DNA of 64,000 nt from Candidatus Aenigmatarchaeota archaeon (GCA_039000725.1 JAWBNO010000001.1:258995-322994); one strand, 5' to 3'. Positions 1-9,608 are shown, counted from the stretch's first letter. Notes: generated by a model from the letters alone, not told the origin. Numbers and translations are program-made.

Positions 1-90
1 GATGAAAATAGAATAAAAGGAATGCATATTAATGAAAATGTTGTAAATAATTTTGAAGAAGTAAAGAACGCTATTGATAAAGAGGGATAA
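1..90 (+). CDS. Partial CDS: 3' end of the gene upstream of rps5. By synteny probably ribosomal protein uL18, but this was not verified.
   Basis: Open frame runs from the window start to TAA at 88-90 and sits directly upstream of uS5. Only 29 aa are visible and none is diagnostic. Confidence 0.3.
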   Translation, partial: DENRIKGMHINENVVNNFEEVKNAIDKEG

Positions 91-92
91 TA

Positions 93-788
93 ATGGTTGA
101 GGAAAAAGGAGAGGAAGTTGAAGGGGAGCTTAAAGCTCCAGAAAAAGAAAAGATATGGGTACCAAAGACATCTTTAGGTAGAGCTGTTCTAGAAGGAAAA
201 ATTAAGAGTATAGATGAAATTTTAGAAAGTGGAAAAAAAATCTTAGAGGAAGAAATAGTTGATTATCTTTTACCAGGTCTAAAAGAAGAACTAATTTTTA
301 TTGGAAAAAGAACAGGAAAAGGTGGAGGTGCTCAAAGAATTCCTATTAGAGTTACCGCCAGAATGAAAAAATCCGGAAGAAGATTTAGGATGTCGGCATT
401 CGTGGTTGTGGGTAATGAAAATGGTTATGTTGGTATAGGTAAAGGAGTTTCAGTTGATGCTAAAAAAGCCATAGAAAAGGCAAGAAAAAAAGCGAAACTG
501 AATATTATAAAAGTTAAAAGAGGTTGTGGTAGCTGGGAGTGTGGATGCGGTACAGAGCATTCAATTCCCTATAAAGTTGAAGGAAAGTGTGGAAGCGTTA
601 AGGTTATTTTATATCCTGCACCAAAGGGTGTTGGTTTGGTTGCAGATGATGAAAGTAAAAAAATTTTAAAGTTAGTTGGTATAAAAGATGTTTGGGTAAA
701 AACTTTTGGAAACACTAGTATGCATATAAATTTGATAGGAGCAATATATGATGCACTTAAGAAACTATACATTTATGAGAGAGGATAA
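93..788 (+). CDS. rps5: 30S ribosomal protein S5 (uS5)
   Basis: Carries the uS5 signature GGGAQRIPIRVTARMKKSGRRFRMSAFVVVGNENGYVGIGKG, and sits at the head of the conserved S5-L30-L15-SecY arrangement. Confidence 0.93.
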   Translation: MVEEKGEEVEGELKAPEKEKIWVPKTSLGRAVLEGKIKSIDEILESGKKILEEEIVDYLLPGLKEELIFIGKRTGKGGGAQRIPIRVTARMKKSGRRFRMSAFVVVGNENGYVGIGKGVSVDAKKAIEKARKKAKLNIIKVKRGCGSWECGCGTEHSIPYKVEGKCGSVKVILYPAPKGVGLVADDESKKILKLVGIKDVWVKTFGNTSMHINLIGAIYDALKKLYIYERG

Positions 789-790
789 AA

Positions 791-1255
791 ATGTTCGCAG
801 CTATTAGATTAAGGGGTTGTGTAGGCATACCTAAAAGGATTGAAGATACGTTAAAATTACTAAGATTAAAATATAAGTTTAACTGTAATATATTTCCTGA
901 AAATGAGAGTATAAAGGGTATGTTAGAAAAAGTTAAAGATTTTATAACATATGGTGAAATAGAAAAAGAAACGTTAGTTATGCTTCTTAAAAAAAGATTA
1001 AGAATGAAAGGAAAAGGTAATAAAAGAGTTAGCGAAGACGATTTGAAAAAAGTTACTGGATTTTCAACATTTGAAGATTTTGCAGATGCGTTAATTTCCG
1101 GAAAAGTTAAATTAAAAGATTTTGAATTTTTACAACCATACTTTAGGCTTAGACCTCCTTCTAAAGGATTAAAAAGTATAAAAGAAAGCTGGCCAAAGGG
1201 AGATTTAGGATACAGAGGAAAGGAAATAAACGAATTGATAAAGAGGATGATATAA
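791..1255 (+). CDS. rpl30: 50S ribosomal protein L30 (uL30)
   Basis: N-terminus MFAAIRLRGCVGIPKRIEDTLKLLRL is typical of archaeal L30P, and it lies between S5 and L15. Confidence 0.88.
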   Translation: MFAAIRLRGCVGIPKRIEDTLKLLRLKYKFNCNIFPENESIKGMLEKVKDFITYGEIEKETLVMLLKKRLRMKGKGNKRVSEDDLKKVTGFSTFEDFADALISGKVKLKDFEFLQPYFRLRPPSKGLKSIKESWPKGDLGYRGKEINELIKRMI

Positions 1256-1663
1256 ATGGTAGTAAGAAAAGAAAAGAAAAGAAGAAGGGGAGAAAGAACT
1301 TATCACGGACATCATAAAAATAGAAAAGGAGGAGGACATAAGGGAGGAAGAGGTAATGTTAGCAAACACAAACATATTTTTAAATTTGTTGAAAGAGAGG
1401 ATAAAAAAGGTTTTAGATATCCTTTAAGAAAAGAGTACAAGGTAATAAATTTAGATGATTTAAACACTTTGATAAAAAAACTTATTGAAGAGGGAAAAAT
1501 AGATAAAAACAATATAGTAGTTAGGCTTTCAGATTACGGATACGATAAGCTTTTAGGTAGGGGAAAAATCGAATTTAAAGCTTTAATAGAAGTTAGTAAG
1601 GCCTCTAGAAAAGCTGTAGAGAAAATAAAAGGTCTTGGAGGAGAAGTAGTTCTAAATAGTTAA
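1256..1663 (+). CDS. rpl15: 50S ribosomal protein L15 (uL15)
   Basis: Gly/His/Lys-rich N-terminus GERTYHGHHKNRKGGGHKGGRGN, immediately upstream of secY. Confidence 0.88.
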   Translation: MVVRKEKKRRRGERTYHGHHKNRKGGGHKGGRGNVSKHKHIFKFVEREDKKGFRYPLRKEYKVINLDDLNTLIKKLIEEGKIDKNNIVVRLSDYGYDKLLGRGKIEFKALIEVSKASRKAVEKIKGLGGEVVLNS

Positions 1664-1678
1664 ATTTTTCAAGCGCAA

Positions 1679-3121
1679 TTGATAATAATGAAGTTTGGTG
1701 AATTAGCAGAAAAAATTTACAATTATTTACCAACTGTAGTAGGACCATTGTATAAAATTAGTATAAGAGAAAAACTAAAATGGACAATTTTAATACTTTT
1801 CGCTTATTTCTTTCTTTCTTATGTTCCAATTGTTGGTCTAAATCTTTCTCCACAAGCTCAATACTTCATAACTTTACAACATTTGTTGGGTGCCAGATTT
1901 GGTAGCTTGTTAACATTAGGAATAGGTCCAATAGTTACTGCAGGAATAATATTGCAGCTTTTAGTAGGATCTAAGATAATAAATCTAGATATTAGTACAA
2001 AAGAAGGTAGAAAAAAGTTTGAGGCTTGGAATAAAACTTTGGCTTTCATTTTAGCTTTTGTAGAAGCAGCAGCATATGTGTTTTTAGGACCTTTACAAGC
2101 CATTACATTTCTTATACCATTAGTTATACTCCAAATAGCATTGGGAGGAATATTGGTCATACTTTTTGATGAAGCTATATCAAAATGGGGGATTGGTTCT
2201 GGTGTTAGCTTATTTATAATGGCAGGAATAGCGTCCCAAATTTTTATAAGAATTTTTTCTCCATTTCCTTCTGGATGCTCTATACTTTCATTATCAGCTT
2301 GTATGCCTTCTTTAAACAACCCTCCAGTCGGCCTATTTTGGCAATTCTTGATAAACTTTTATAACAATAATCCAACAAATGCTTTTTTTGCTTTTATGCC
2401 AATTTTATCTACAGCAATAGTTTTTATTTTAGTTGTTTACATTCAAGCAATCAATATTGATATACCTTTAGCTTTTTCTATGTTTAGAGGTTTTGGAAGA
2501 CCTTGGAGTCTCAAGCTTCTTTACACCAGTAACATTCCAGTAATATTTATGTGGGCACTGTTAATTAACTTTCAGATGATGGGTAGGATAGGAGTCAGAG
2601 AAGTCTCACCAGGTAGATACTGTGGCTTTTTTGGTTGTTATGACTCTAACGGAAACCCGGTAAGTGGAATAGCATACTATCTTTCGGCTCCTAGGGGTAT
2701 AGTAAATGAGATAATTCAAGGAACAGATATAAAGACACTTATAGTTCATTTATTCGTTTACTCATTAGTTATGATAGTTGGTTGTGTCATATTTTCAGTT
2801 ATATGGGTAAACACTAGTGGAATGGATGCAAAATCAATAGCAGAACAACTATATCTAATAGGAATGCAAATTCCAGGATATAGAAGAGACCCCAGAGTAA
2901 TAGAGTCTGTTTTAAGTAAATATATTTCTTCTCTTTCAGTATTGAGTGGAATTTTCATAGGGCTTTTAACAATAGTGGCTGATTGGTTAGGGGCAATCGG
3001 CTCTGGGACAGGATTACTTTTAGCTGTGACAATATCTTATAATACATACGAGATTATAAGAAACGAAGATTTAGAAGGCGCACCAAAAATATTGTTAAAT
3101 ATCTTAGGTGAGAAAAGATGA
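1679..3121 (+). CDS. secY: Preprotein translocase subunit SecY
   Basis: 480 aa with ten predicted TM helices; the conserved SecY core is visible (GIGPIVTAGIILQLL, ISKWGIGSGVSLFI) and it sits after L15. Confidence 0.93.
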   Translation: MIIMKFGELAEKIYNYLPTVVGPLYKISIREKLKWTILILFAYFFLSYVPIVGLNLSPQAQYFITLQHLLGARFGSLLTLGIGPIVTAGIILQLLVGSKIINLDISTKEGRKKFEAWNKTLAFILAFVEAAAYVFLGPLQAITFLIPLVILQIALGGILVILFDEAISKWGIGSGVSLFIMAGIASQIFIRIFSPFPSGCSILSLSACMPSLNNPPVGLFWQFLINFYNNNPTNAFFAFMPILSTAIVFILVVYIQAINIDIPLAFSMFRGFGRPWSLKLLYTSNIPVIFMWALLINFQMMGRIGVREVSPGRYCGFFGCYDSNGNPVSGIAYYLSAPRGIVNEIIQGTDIKTLIVHLFVYSLVMIVGCVIFSVIWVNTSGMDAKSIAEQLYLIGMQIPGYRRDPRVIESVLSKYISSLSVLSGIFIGLLTIVADWLGAIGSGTGLLLAVTISYNTYEIIRNEDLEGAPKILLNILGEKR

Positions 3122-3576
3122 GTTATTTAAACTATATAGGAAGATTTGTTAATGCTTTATTTTTTCCTTTATATAATTTACATCCAGTTTTAAGTGTTAT
3201 TATATTAACTTTATTTTTCACTTCAATAACTATAATTTTTAGAAAAAAATTTCTAGGTAACGAAGAAATTAAGAATTTGAGAAAAGAAATGGATGAAATT
3301 AGAGAGAGAATTTTAAAAAACAAAGAAAAAGAAGAAGAGTTGTTTAACAGATTGATGAAGTTAAATGCTACTATTTTCAAGCAAACTTTTAAAATTTTAG
3401 CAGTTTCTTTAGTAATTGGTATATTATGTTTGTCTTGGATAGAATATAAATACTCTGGAAACTATGTCAAACTTCCTATAAGTTTTCCATTTCAAAATAT
3501 TCAAATAATTTATTTCTATATAATCTTAACATTTATAATTAGTACAGTATTAACTAAATTGCTAGAGGTGAGCTAA
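3118..3576 (+). CDS. DUF106 / archaeal Oxa1-YidC-EMC3-like membrane insertase candidate
   Basis: A TM helix, then a coiled coil (KNLRKEMDEIRERILKNKEKEEELFNRLMKL), then more TM helices. It occupies the slot after secY where archaea usually carry adk-DUF106-cmk. Confidence 0.55.
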   Translation: MSYLNYIGRFVNALFFPLYNLHPVLSVIILTLFFTSITIIFRKKFLGNEEIKNLRKEMDEIRERILKNKEKEEELFNRLMKLNATIFKQTFKILAVSLVIGILCLSWIEYKYSGNYVKLPISFPFQNIQIIYFYIILTFIISTVLTKLLEVS

Positions 3577-3932
3577 TGTTAGAAGTAGGTAGCATATGTG
3601 TTAAGCTAGTAGGTAGGGAAAAAGGAAAATACTGCGTGGTAGTTAAGAAAATTGATAAAAACTTTGTTTTAGTAACAGGTCCGAAAAAATTAACTGGAGT
3701 AAAAAGAAGAAGAGCAAATGTAATACATCTTCAACCAACTAGCTATAAACTAGAAATAAAAGAAGAAGCTGACGATAAAGAGGTTTTAGAGGCTTGGAAG
3801 AAATCTAAGCTATATGAAAAGTTAGGCTTGAAACTACCATCAGAAGCAGAATTAAAGGAAATTTCAGATAACAAAAAAGAAGAAAAGAAAGTTGAAGAAA
3901 AGAAAACTAAAAAGAAAAAAGAGAAATCTTAA
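3576..3932 (+). CDS. rpl14e: 50S ribosomal protein L14e with a Lys-rich C-terminal tail
   Basis: KOW-like N-terminus GSICVKLVGREKGKYCVVVKKIDKNFVLVTGPKKLTGVKRRRANVIHLQPT, followed by a KKEEKKVEEKKTKKKKEKS tail. Confidence 0.82.
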   Translation: MLEVGSICVKLVGREKGKYCVVVKKIDKNFVLVTGPKKLTGVKRRRANVIHLQPTSYKLEIKEEADDKEVLEAWKKSKLYEKLGLKLPSEAELKEISDNKKEEKKVEEKKTKKKKEKS

Positions 3933-5077
3933 ATATCTTTAATTTCAATCTCTTTTAATATTTTTTTTACCATTTTGTTTATTCCTAAAGTCTTCTCATA
4001 TTCTTTTACTTTATTTTCGTTTGCGGCTGCTGAAGAATGTCTACCAACAAACATACTGCAAGTGTCTTCACATGGAATTATAGAAATTTTATAAGTTCCT
4101 ATTTTTTTTGCAATTTCTATAATTTCATCCTTGTTAAATCCTATTAATGGTCTAAGTATAGGAATTTTAACAACTTCCTCTATTAGTTTTAAATTATGTA
4201 GAGTTTGAGAAGAAACTTGCCCTACACTTTCTCCAGTAACTAGTGCTTTTGCATTTTCCATCTCAGCAATTTTTTCTGCGACTCTAAACATTAATCTTCT
4301 GTATAAAACAACTAAGTATTTCGGATTAGCAACACTTTTGATTTTTAATTGATATTCTCCAATGTTTGCTATATATAGCTTACTTTTAACTTGGAATTTG
4401 TTCAAAACTTCAATTAACTTTTCTACTTTTTCTATACTCTTTTTTGAGGCTATAGGAAAGCTACTAAAATGAAGATATACAACTTCACATCCTCTCTTCA
4501 TTGCAAAATAGCTTGAAACTGCAGAATCTATGCCGCCAGAAATTAGTGATATAACTTTACCAGAGGCTGATATTGGCAATCCCCCCAAACCTTTAATATT
4601 AGTAGTATAAACAAAAGTGCCAATCTTTCTAATATCAAAATTTATTTCTATGTCCGGATTTTCTAAATTTACTTTTCTTTTAACAAAACTACCTAAATAA
4701 GCTTCTAATTCTTTACTCTTATAATCAGCATCAATACCTTTGTTAACTCTAATTGCAAAAGTTTTTCCTTCAGGAATTAGAGTTTCATAATATTTTGAAA
4801 TGAATTTTGCCAAATCTTCTTTATTAGTTGTTGATAAGTAGATAGCTGGAGAAAAAGATTGTATTCCAAAAATGTTATTTAATATTTTCAAACATTCTTC
4901 AATTTTTTCTGTAAATAAAAAAATCCTTCCTCTTTCGGTTTTAATTTTAGCTTCAATTTTACTTTTATTTAAATGTTTAGCTATATTTCCCAATAGCTTT
5001 CTTTCATAAATTCTAAAAACATTTTCAGATTTAATGAAAATTTCACTATATCTTATGATTATGGAGTTTGTCATCAT
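3929..5077 (-). CDS. thiI: tRNA 4-thiouridine synthase ThiI (THUMP plus PP-loop, no rhodanese domain)
   Basis: PP-loop motif LISGGIDSAVSSYFAMKRGCEVVYLHF with a THUMP-like N-terminal domain; 382 aa. Confidence 0.88.
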   Translation of the reverse strand: MMTNSIIIRYSEIFIKSENVFRIYERKLLGNIAKHLNKSKIEAKIKTERGRIFLFTEKIEECLKILNNIFGIQSFSPAIYLSTTNKEDLAKFISKYYETLIPEGKTFAIRVNKGIDADYKSKELEAYLGSFVKRKVNLENPDIEINFDIRKIGTFVYTTNIKGLGGLPISASGKVISLISGGIDSAVSSYFAMKRGCEVVYLHFSSFPIASKKSIEKVEKLIEVLNKFQVKSKLYIANIGEYQLKIKSVANPKYLVVLYRRLMFRVAEKIAEMENAKALVTGESVGQVSSQTLHNLKLIEEVVKIPILRPLIGFNKDEIIEIAKKIGTYKISIIPCEDTCSMFVGRHSSAAANENKVKEYEKTLGINKMVKKILKEIEIKDI

Positions 5078-5139
5078 AATTGATATATTGTTCTTAAAAA
5101 ATATTGCAATGATAGTTTTTTAGAAAGATAACAAAATTT

Positions 5140-5214
5140 TGGGCCCGGTGGGATTTGAACCCACGATCTCCTGGTCCGAAGCCAGGCGCGTTATCCAAGC
5201 TACGCTACGGGCCC
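5140..5214 (-). tRNA. tRNA-Arg (anticodon TCG)
   Basis: Minus-strand cloverleaf folded by hand: acceptor GGGCCCG/CGGGCCC, D-stem GCGT/ACGC, anticodon stem CCTGG/CCAGG with loop CTTCGGA, T-arm GTGGG-TTCAAAT-CCCAC. Discriminator A; CCA is not encoded. Confidence 0.85.
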
Positions 5215-5250
5215 ATGTATTTTATTTAATTTTGAAAATCTATAGATTGT

Positions 5251-5517
5251 ATGTTAGCAGAAAAGCCAACTAAAATTGATGAAAAAGATAAAGATAAACA
5301 AATTGCTAGATTAGGGTTAATAGCAGAGTTAGATGCAGTTAGTTTATATGAGCAATTAGCAGCAAATACGAATAACAAAAAACTTAAAAAAGTTTTGCTA
5401 GATATAGCGAAAGAGGAAAAAACACATATAGGAGAATTTTTAACATTGTTGTTAGAAATGGATAAGGAACAAGAAAAAGAATTAGAAGAAGGAAAGAAAG
5501 AAGTTAATGAAATTTAA
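5251..5517 (+). CDS. Small ferritin-like (rubrerythrin-type) diiron-carboxylate domain protein
   Basis: 88 aa containing E..A..Y (AELDAVSLYEQLA) and E-x-x-H (AKEEKTHIGEF) motifs typical of ferritin-like four-helix bundles. It sits in an oxidative-stress neighbourhood. Confidence 0.45.
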   Translation: MLAEKPTKIDEKDKDKQIARLGLIAELDAVSLYEQLAANTNNKKLKKVLLDIAKEEKTHIGEFLTLLLEMDKEQEKELEEGKKEVNEI

Positions 5518-5942
5518 ATCTCTTCAACAATTATAGATGGACAAACTTTTTTTACTCCTTTTATTTCTTTAATTTTTTTAATAACGTCTTTAATTTCTTT
5601 TCCGGTTTTATATATGGTAAAAACAATAAATTGATGATCACCACTACTAATATATATTCTTTTTACTTCTTTAATCTTCTTTATATTTTCAATAATTCTA
5701 TCAAAGTATTCTGGTTTACAATCAAATCCTATAAATGCGGTTTTTAGACCAACCTTTTTCCAGTCTATATCTACTGTAAATTTTCTAATTATTCCTTTTC
5801 TTATCAGGTTTGCTATATTCTTTCTTATTGCACCTTCAGTTACTCCTAGCTGTTTAGCTAAATGTGTAAATTTTATTCTTGAATTTTCCATCAAAATATT
5901 CAAAATTTTTTCAATTTTATTCGTTTCCGATTTTCGTACCAT
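5514..5942 (-). CDS. Lrp/AsnC family transcriptional regulator. The ORF track extends to 6020; I place the start at MVRKSE (5942).
   Basis: HTH region [39 protein letters not shown] followed by a RAM-like C-terminal domain. The longer start would overlap the divergent prx start. Confidence 0.82.
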   Translation of the reverse strand: MVRKSETNKIEKILNILMENSRIKFTHLAKQLGVTEGAIRKNIANLIRKGIIRKFTVDIDWKKVGLKTAFIGFDCKPEYFDRIIENIKKIKEVKRIYISSGDHQFIVFTIYKTGKEIKDVIKKIKEIKGVKKVCPSIIVEEI

Positions 5943-5985
5943 AAAGTATATATTTTCGTACCATAAATATTTTTTGGTGATGTGT

Positions 5986-6633
5986 ATGTTAAAAATAGGG
6001 GATCCTGCGCCACAATTCAAGGCAATAACTACAAAGGGAGAAATAGAGTTTCCAAACGACTATAAAGGAAAATGGGTAGTACTTTTTAGTCATCCAGCAG
6101 ATTTCACACCAGTATGTACAACAGAGTTTGTTGCATTTCAAAAGAGATACGAAGAATTTAAAAAATTAAATACAGAATTGATAGGCTTAAGTATAGATCA
6201 AGTCTTTTCTCATATAAAATGGGTAGAATGGATTAAAGAGAAGTTAGGAATAGAGATAGAATTTCCGATAATTGCAGATGATTTAGGAAAAATATCATCA
6301 ATGTTTGGCATGATTCATGAAGCTAAAGGAACAAATACAGTTAGGGCAGTTTTTGTAATCGATCCAAAAGGAATAATAAGAGCGATACTATATTATCCAC
6401 AAGAAGTTGGAAGAAACATAGATGAAATTTTAAGAATGGTTAGAGCACTCCAAACTTCAGATAGAAATCAAGTGGCATTACCTGCAAATTGGCCGAACAA
6501 CGAACTTATAGGAAATAAAGTTATAATACCTCCAGCTAAATCAGAAAAAATTGCTAAAGAAAGATTAGAAAAGGCAGCTAAAAAAGAAATAGAGTGTTAT
6601 GATTGGTGGTTCTGCTATAAAAGCCTAGAATAA
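5986..6633 (+). CDS. Peroxiredoxin (AhpC/TSA, Prx family)
   Basis: Motif [15 protein letters not shown] contains the peroxidatic Cys. The ORF-track start at 5974 is a TTG, and ATGs at 5980 and 5986 are more likely. Confidence 0.9.
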   Translation: MLKIGDPAPQFKAITTKGEIEFPNDYKGKWVVLFSHPADFTPVCTTEFVAFQKRYEEFKKLNTELIGLSIDQVFSHIKWVEWIKEKLGIEIEFPIIADDLGKISSMFGMIHEAKGTNTVRAVFVIDPKGIIRAILYYPQEVGRNIDEILRMVRALQTSDRNQVALPANWPNNELIGNKVIIPPAKSEKIAKERLEKAAKKEIECYDWWFCYKSLE

Positions 6634-6652
6634 CACTTTTTTATTTTTTAGA

Positions 6653-7033
6653 GTGATAAAGATGGTAGAAATTTTTAAAACTGAAGATTGGAAAAAAGAA
6701 AAGCATGTACCAGTAATTGAAATTGAAAAAGAAGAAAACCTTGCTTTAATTAGAGTAACTGTAGGTAAAGAAATTCCACATCCTAATACAACAGAACACC
6801 ACATTAAGTATATAGAACTATTATTTTTACCAGATAATGAAGCTTTTGTATATAACTTAGGTAGGGCAGAATTTAATGCGCATGGGGAATCAACAAAAGG
6901 ACCAAACACTAGTGAAATATATGTTGAGCCAACAGCATTGTTTAAAGTAAAATTAAATAAAAAAGGAACATTGATTGCAATAGCTTATTGTAACATTCAT
7001 GGACTTTGGAAAAATGAACAAAGAATTGATTGA
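6653..7033 (+). CDS. Superoxide reductase (neelaredoxin / 1Fe-SOR, desulfoferrodoxin family)
   Basis: Carries EKHVPVI, the His cluster HPNTTEHHIKYIEL, and the Cys-His ligand motif CNIHGLW; 126 aa. Confidence 0.85.
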   Translation: MIKMVEIFKTEDWKKEKHVPVIEIEKEENLALIRVTVGKEIPHPNTTEHHIKYIELLFLPDNEAFVYNLGRAEFNAHGESTKGPNTSEIYVEPTALFKVKLNKKGTLIAIAYCNIHGLWKNEQRID

Positions 7034-7277
7034 TAAAGCAATTGAAGAATATAACAAATATAGAAGCCCAGAAGCAAAAGCTAGACTAGTATACTATCAA
7101 AAAGATAAATTTTTAGTAGAGTTTAGTGGTTACTTTTGTTTAACATGTGGCTACTACGACTACTTTGAAGATTTAATATACTTCTTAAAGGAAATGGGAT
7201 TGAAAGCCAAAATAGAAAAAATAGAAGAAAAAGAGAATAGTACATTAGTTACCTTTACTTTACTTAACAATACCTAG
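7014..7277 (+). CDS. Hypothetical protein co-directional with prx and sor
   Basis: Open frame, 87 aa from MNKELIDK. It contains CLTCGYYDYF (a single CxxC) and has no recognisable family. Confidence 0.35.
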   Translation: MNKELIDKAIEEYNKYRSPEAKARLVYYQKDKFLVEFSGYFCLTCGYYDYFEDLIYFLKEMGLKAKIEKIEEKENSTLVTFTLLNNT

Positions 7278-8291
7278 AGATTTGTTAGTCTTTTCTATAC
7301 TTTTCCATTTATCTTTTTCTATTTCTGTCATAGCTCTTATTGCATCTATGTTTTCTGGTACGACATCAGCTTCTTGATGAACTACATGTATCCACCTGCA
7401 TATATTATTTTCTATGTGAATAGTGTCTCTAAGAACAACTATTTCGTACATATCTCCTCTAGGTCTTATATAATCTCTAAATTTTTCTCTTATCATAGAT
7501 GTTGATGGATATTCTTTTCTATCTAATAAAACAACTCTAGTTTGTTTTTCAAAAGCCTCTATTATTTCTTCTTTTTTTGCACTTCTTTTTAAAACAACTT
7601 CAACCATATGAGTATGTGCTAAAGTAGTAGGAACTTTAATAGCCATAGAAAATATATTCAAATTCTTCAAAACTGTTTTTACATCTTCAGCATGATGAGA
7701 AGGTACTTCTTCAAATTCTATAGCATCAATAGGTCCCTTTTTATATTCCCAAGGATCGGCAGCTCTTCTTGCTATAAAGACAGAAGCTTTTTCAATTCCT
7801 ATTTTAGAATCTATTGCATGTAAAGTTCTAATTAGTCCAGTTGTATTACAACTTGGAACTCTAACAAATCTTTTTCCTAGTGTCTCCTCATAATTAACTA
7901 TGGCATTGAATGTAATTTCAGCGACATCTGCTTCTTCTCCACCTTGAAATATAACTTTTACATTATACTTTGAATATATTTTTTCTTTATTTTCTTTTCC
8001 AACTCCTTCTGGTGTACAATCTACAATTACATCAATTTCTCCTTTTTTTAAAAGTTCTTCTAAAGTACCATTCACTATCATTCCTGCTTCTTTGAATTTT
8101 TTTAGAGATTCTTCATTAACTGCCCAAAGATCTGTACCGTACAAGAACCCATTTGGTTCCAATACAGTTTTAAGTATTGGATTTGGTTGATGTCCAATTA
8201 TTGCCTTTAGTTTCATATCTTTTTGTAATTTTATTGCGTGAGCTACTCTTTTTCCTATAGTTCCAATACCATTTACAGCTACGTTTATCAT
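7260..8291 (-). CDS. gap: Glyceraldehyde-3-phosphate dehydrogenase, archaeal type II
   Basis: N-terminal Rossmann fold (MINVAVNGIGTIGKRVAHAI) and the archaeal active-site region VPSCNTTGLIRTL. Confidence 0.9.
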   Translation of the reverse strand: MINVAVNGIGTIGKRVAHAIKLQKDMKLKAIIGHQPNPILKTVLEPNGFLYGTDLWAVNEESLKKFKEAGMIVNGTLEELLKKGEIDVIVDCTPEGVGKENKEKIYSKYNVKVIFQGGEEADVAEITFNAIVNYEETLGKRFVRVPSCNTTGLIRTLHAIDSKIGIEKASVFIARRAADPWEYKKGPIDAIEFEEVPSHHAEDVKTVLKNLNIFSMAIKVPTTLAHTHMVEVVLKRSAKKEEIIEAFEKQTRVVLLDRKEYPSTSMIREKFRDYIRPRGDMYEIVVLRDTIHIENNICRWIHVVHQEADVVPENIDAIRAMTEIEKDKWKSIEKTNKSLGIVK

Positions 8292-8345
8292 AAAGAAGAA
8301 TTGTAAAATATAAATAAATGTTTTTAAATTTTTCTGATAAAGTTT

Positions 8346-9608
8346 TTATTCATATCTCAATGCCTCAACAGGCTGAAGTTTTGCGGCTCTTCTTGCAGGT
8401 ATTAGACCAGCCAAAACACCTATAAATATAGAAAAAATAAGAGAAAGAAAAACAATTTGGGGCGTTACTACTAGTTGAATTCCTTGACTTGTTCTGCTTG
8501 TCATTCCAATTCCAAAAATAGTTATTCTACCTATTAAATCTGAAACAATAATACCAATCGAAATTCCTAATATTCCTCCAATTAAGCTAAGTATTATCGA
8601 TTCTAAAATAAATAAAAGCATAACATCTTTATTACTCATTCCAAGAGCTTTTAATGTTCCTATTAGTCTTGTTCTTTCCATTACAGAAGTAAACATAGTA
8701 TTAGCAATTCCTATCCCACCAACCAAAAGAGAAATAGCAGCAATTAGTGTTAAAAAAAGTGTTGTCGTTTCTGCAATACTCATAACTTGTTGCTTAATTA
8801 GTTGTGTTGTGGTTACAGTAAAATCTTGATTGTTTTCATTAACTTTTCTGAAAATTCTAAGCCTTCTTTCAATTTCTTTTGCAATATCATCTACTTGAGA
8901 TACATCATTTGCTTTGACAACTATAGAAGAAACATCTTTATTGTTTAATTTTAAAATTCTTCTTGCATCTTCTTTTGGAATAAAAATAGCAGAATCTGTT
9001 AAAACGCTTAATGCTCCTGCTGGCTGTAATATACCGACAACTTTAAAGGATTCACCATTTATATTTATTATATCGCCAACCCTAATTTCGTTTTTGAAAA
9101 TAGAATAGGCAACTCTATTCCCCAAAACTGCAACATTTTTATCATTTGATAAAAGATATCTTCCTTTTTCTATTTGAGTTATTTCTATGTATTTCCAAAC
9201 CGAAGCATCTACTCCTTGAATAGTTAATGAAATAGATTGACCCTTGAAAGATACATTACCTCTACCAGAAACTATTGTATTAACATAAGAAACGCCAGGA
9301 ATATTTTGAATTATTTTTGCATCATTTTCTGTTAGGGTTTTTTCTTCACCTCTTAATCCTCTAATTATTTGAGCGTATCTTTCAAACTGATATGGAGACG
9401 CTCTAATATAGCCAGGAGTAATAGTAATTATATCTGGACCCAAACCAGCTAACTGTTGATTTATTCTTTCTCTCATTCCTTCTCCTATAGCATTTAAGGA
9501 AACTATTGTGGCAATACCTATAATAATTCCTAAAATTGTCAACCAACTTCTCAATTTTCTGTGCAAGATGTTGTTTAATGATAATTTAAATAAATCCAGC
9601 AGCTTCAT
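8346..9608 (-). CDS. ABC transporter permease, FtsX/MacB family
   Basis: One N-terminal TM helix, a large extracellular domain, and three C-terminal TM helices. Adjacent to an ABC ATPase. Confidence 0.85.
   Translation of the reverse strand: MKLLDLFKLSLNNILHRKLRSWLTILGIIIGIATIVSLNAIGEGMRERINQQLAGLGPDIITITPGYIRASPYQFERYAQIIRGLRGEEKTLTENDAKIIQNIPGVSYVNTIVSGRGNVSFKGQSISLTIQGVDASVWKYIEITQIEKGRYLLSNDKNVAVLGNRVAYSIFKNEIRVGDIININGESFKVVGILQPAGALSVLTDSAIFIPKEDARRILKLNNKDVSSIVVKANDVSQVDDIAKEIERRLRIFRKVNENNQDFTVTTTQLIKQQVMSIAETTTLFLTLIAAISLLVGGIGIANTMFTSVMERTRLIGTLKALGMSNKDVMLLFILESIILSLIGGILGISIGIIVSDLIGRITIFGIGMTSRTSQGIQLVVTPQIVFLSLIFSIFIGVLAGLIPARRAAKLQPVEALRYE

Noticed and set aside
569-772. Antisense ORFs inside rps5, rpl15, secY and the P-type ATPase gene. 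The coordinates given are the first of them; the others are 1312..1512, 1858..2319, 2758..2958, 3132..3380 and 21602..21859.
   Set aside because: All lie opposite strongly conserved genes and have hydrophobic, low-complexity composition typical of antisense frames in AT-rich DNA.
5974-5985. The ORF-track start of the peroxiredoxin at 5974.
   Set aside because: The codon at 5974-5976 is TTG. ATG codons at 5980 and 5986 give the canonical [12 protein letters not shown]-terminus, so the start was moved.
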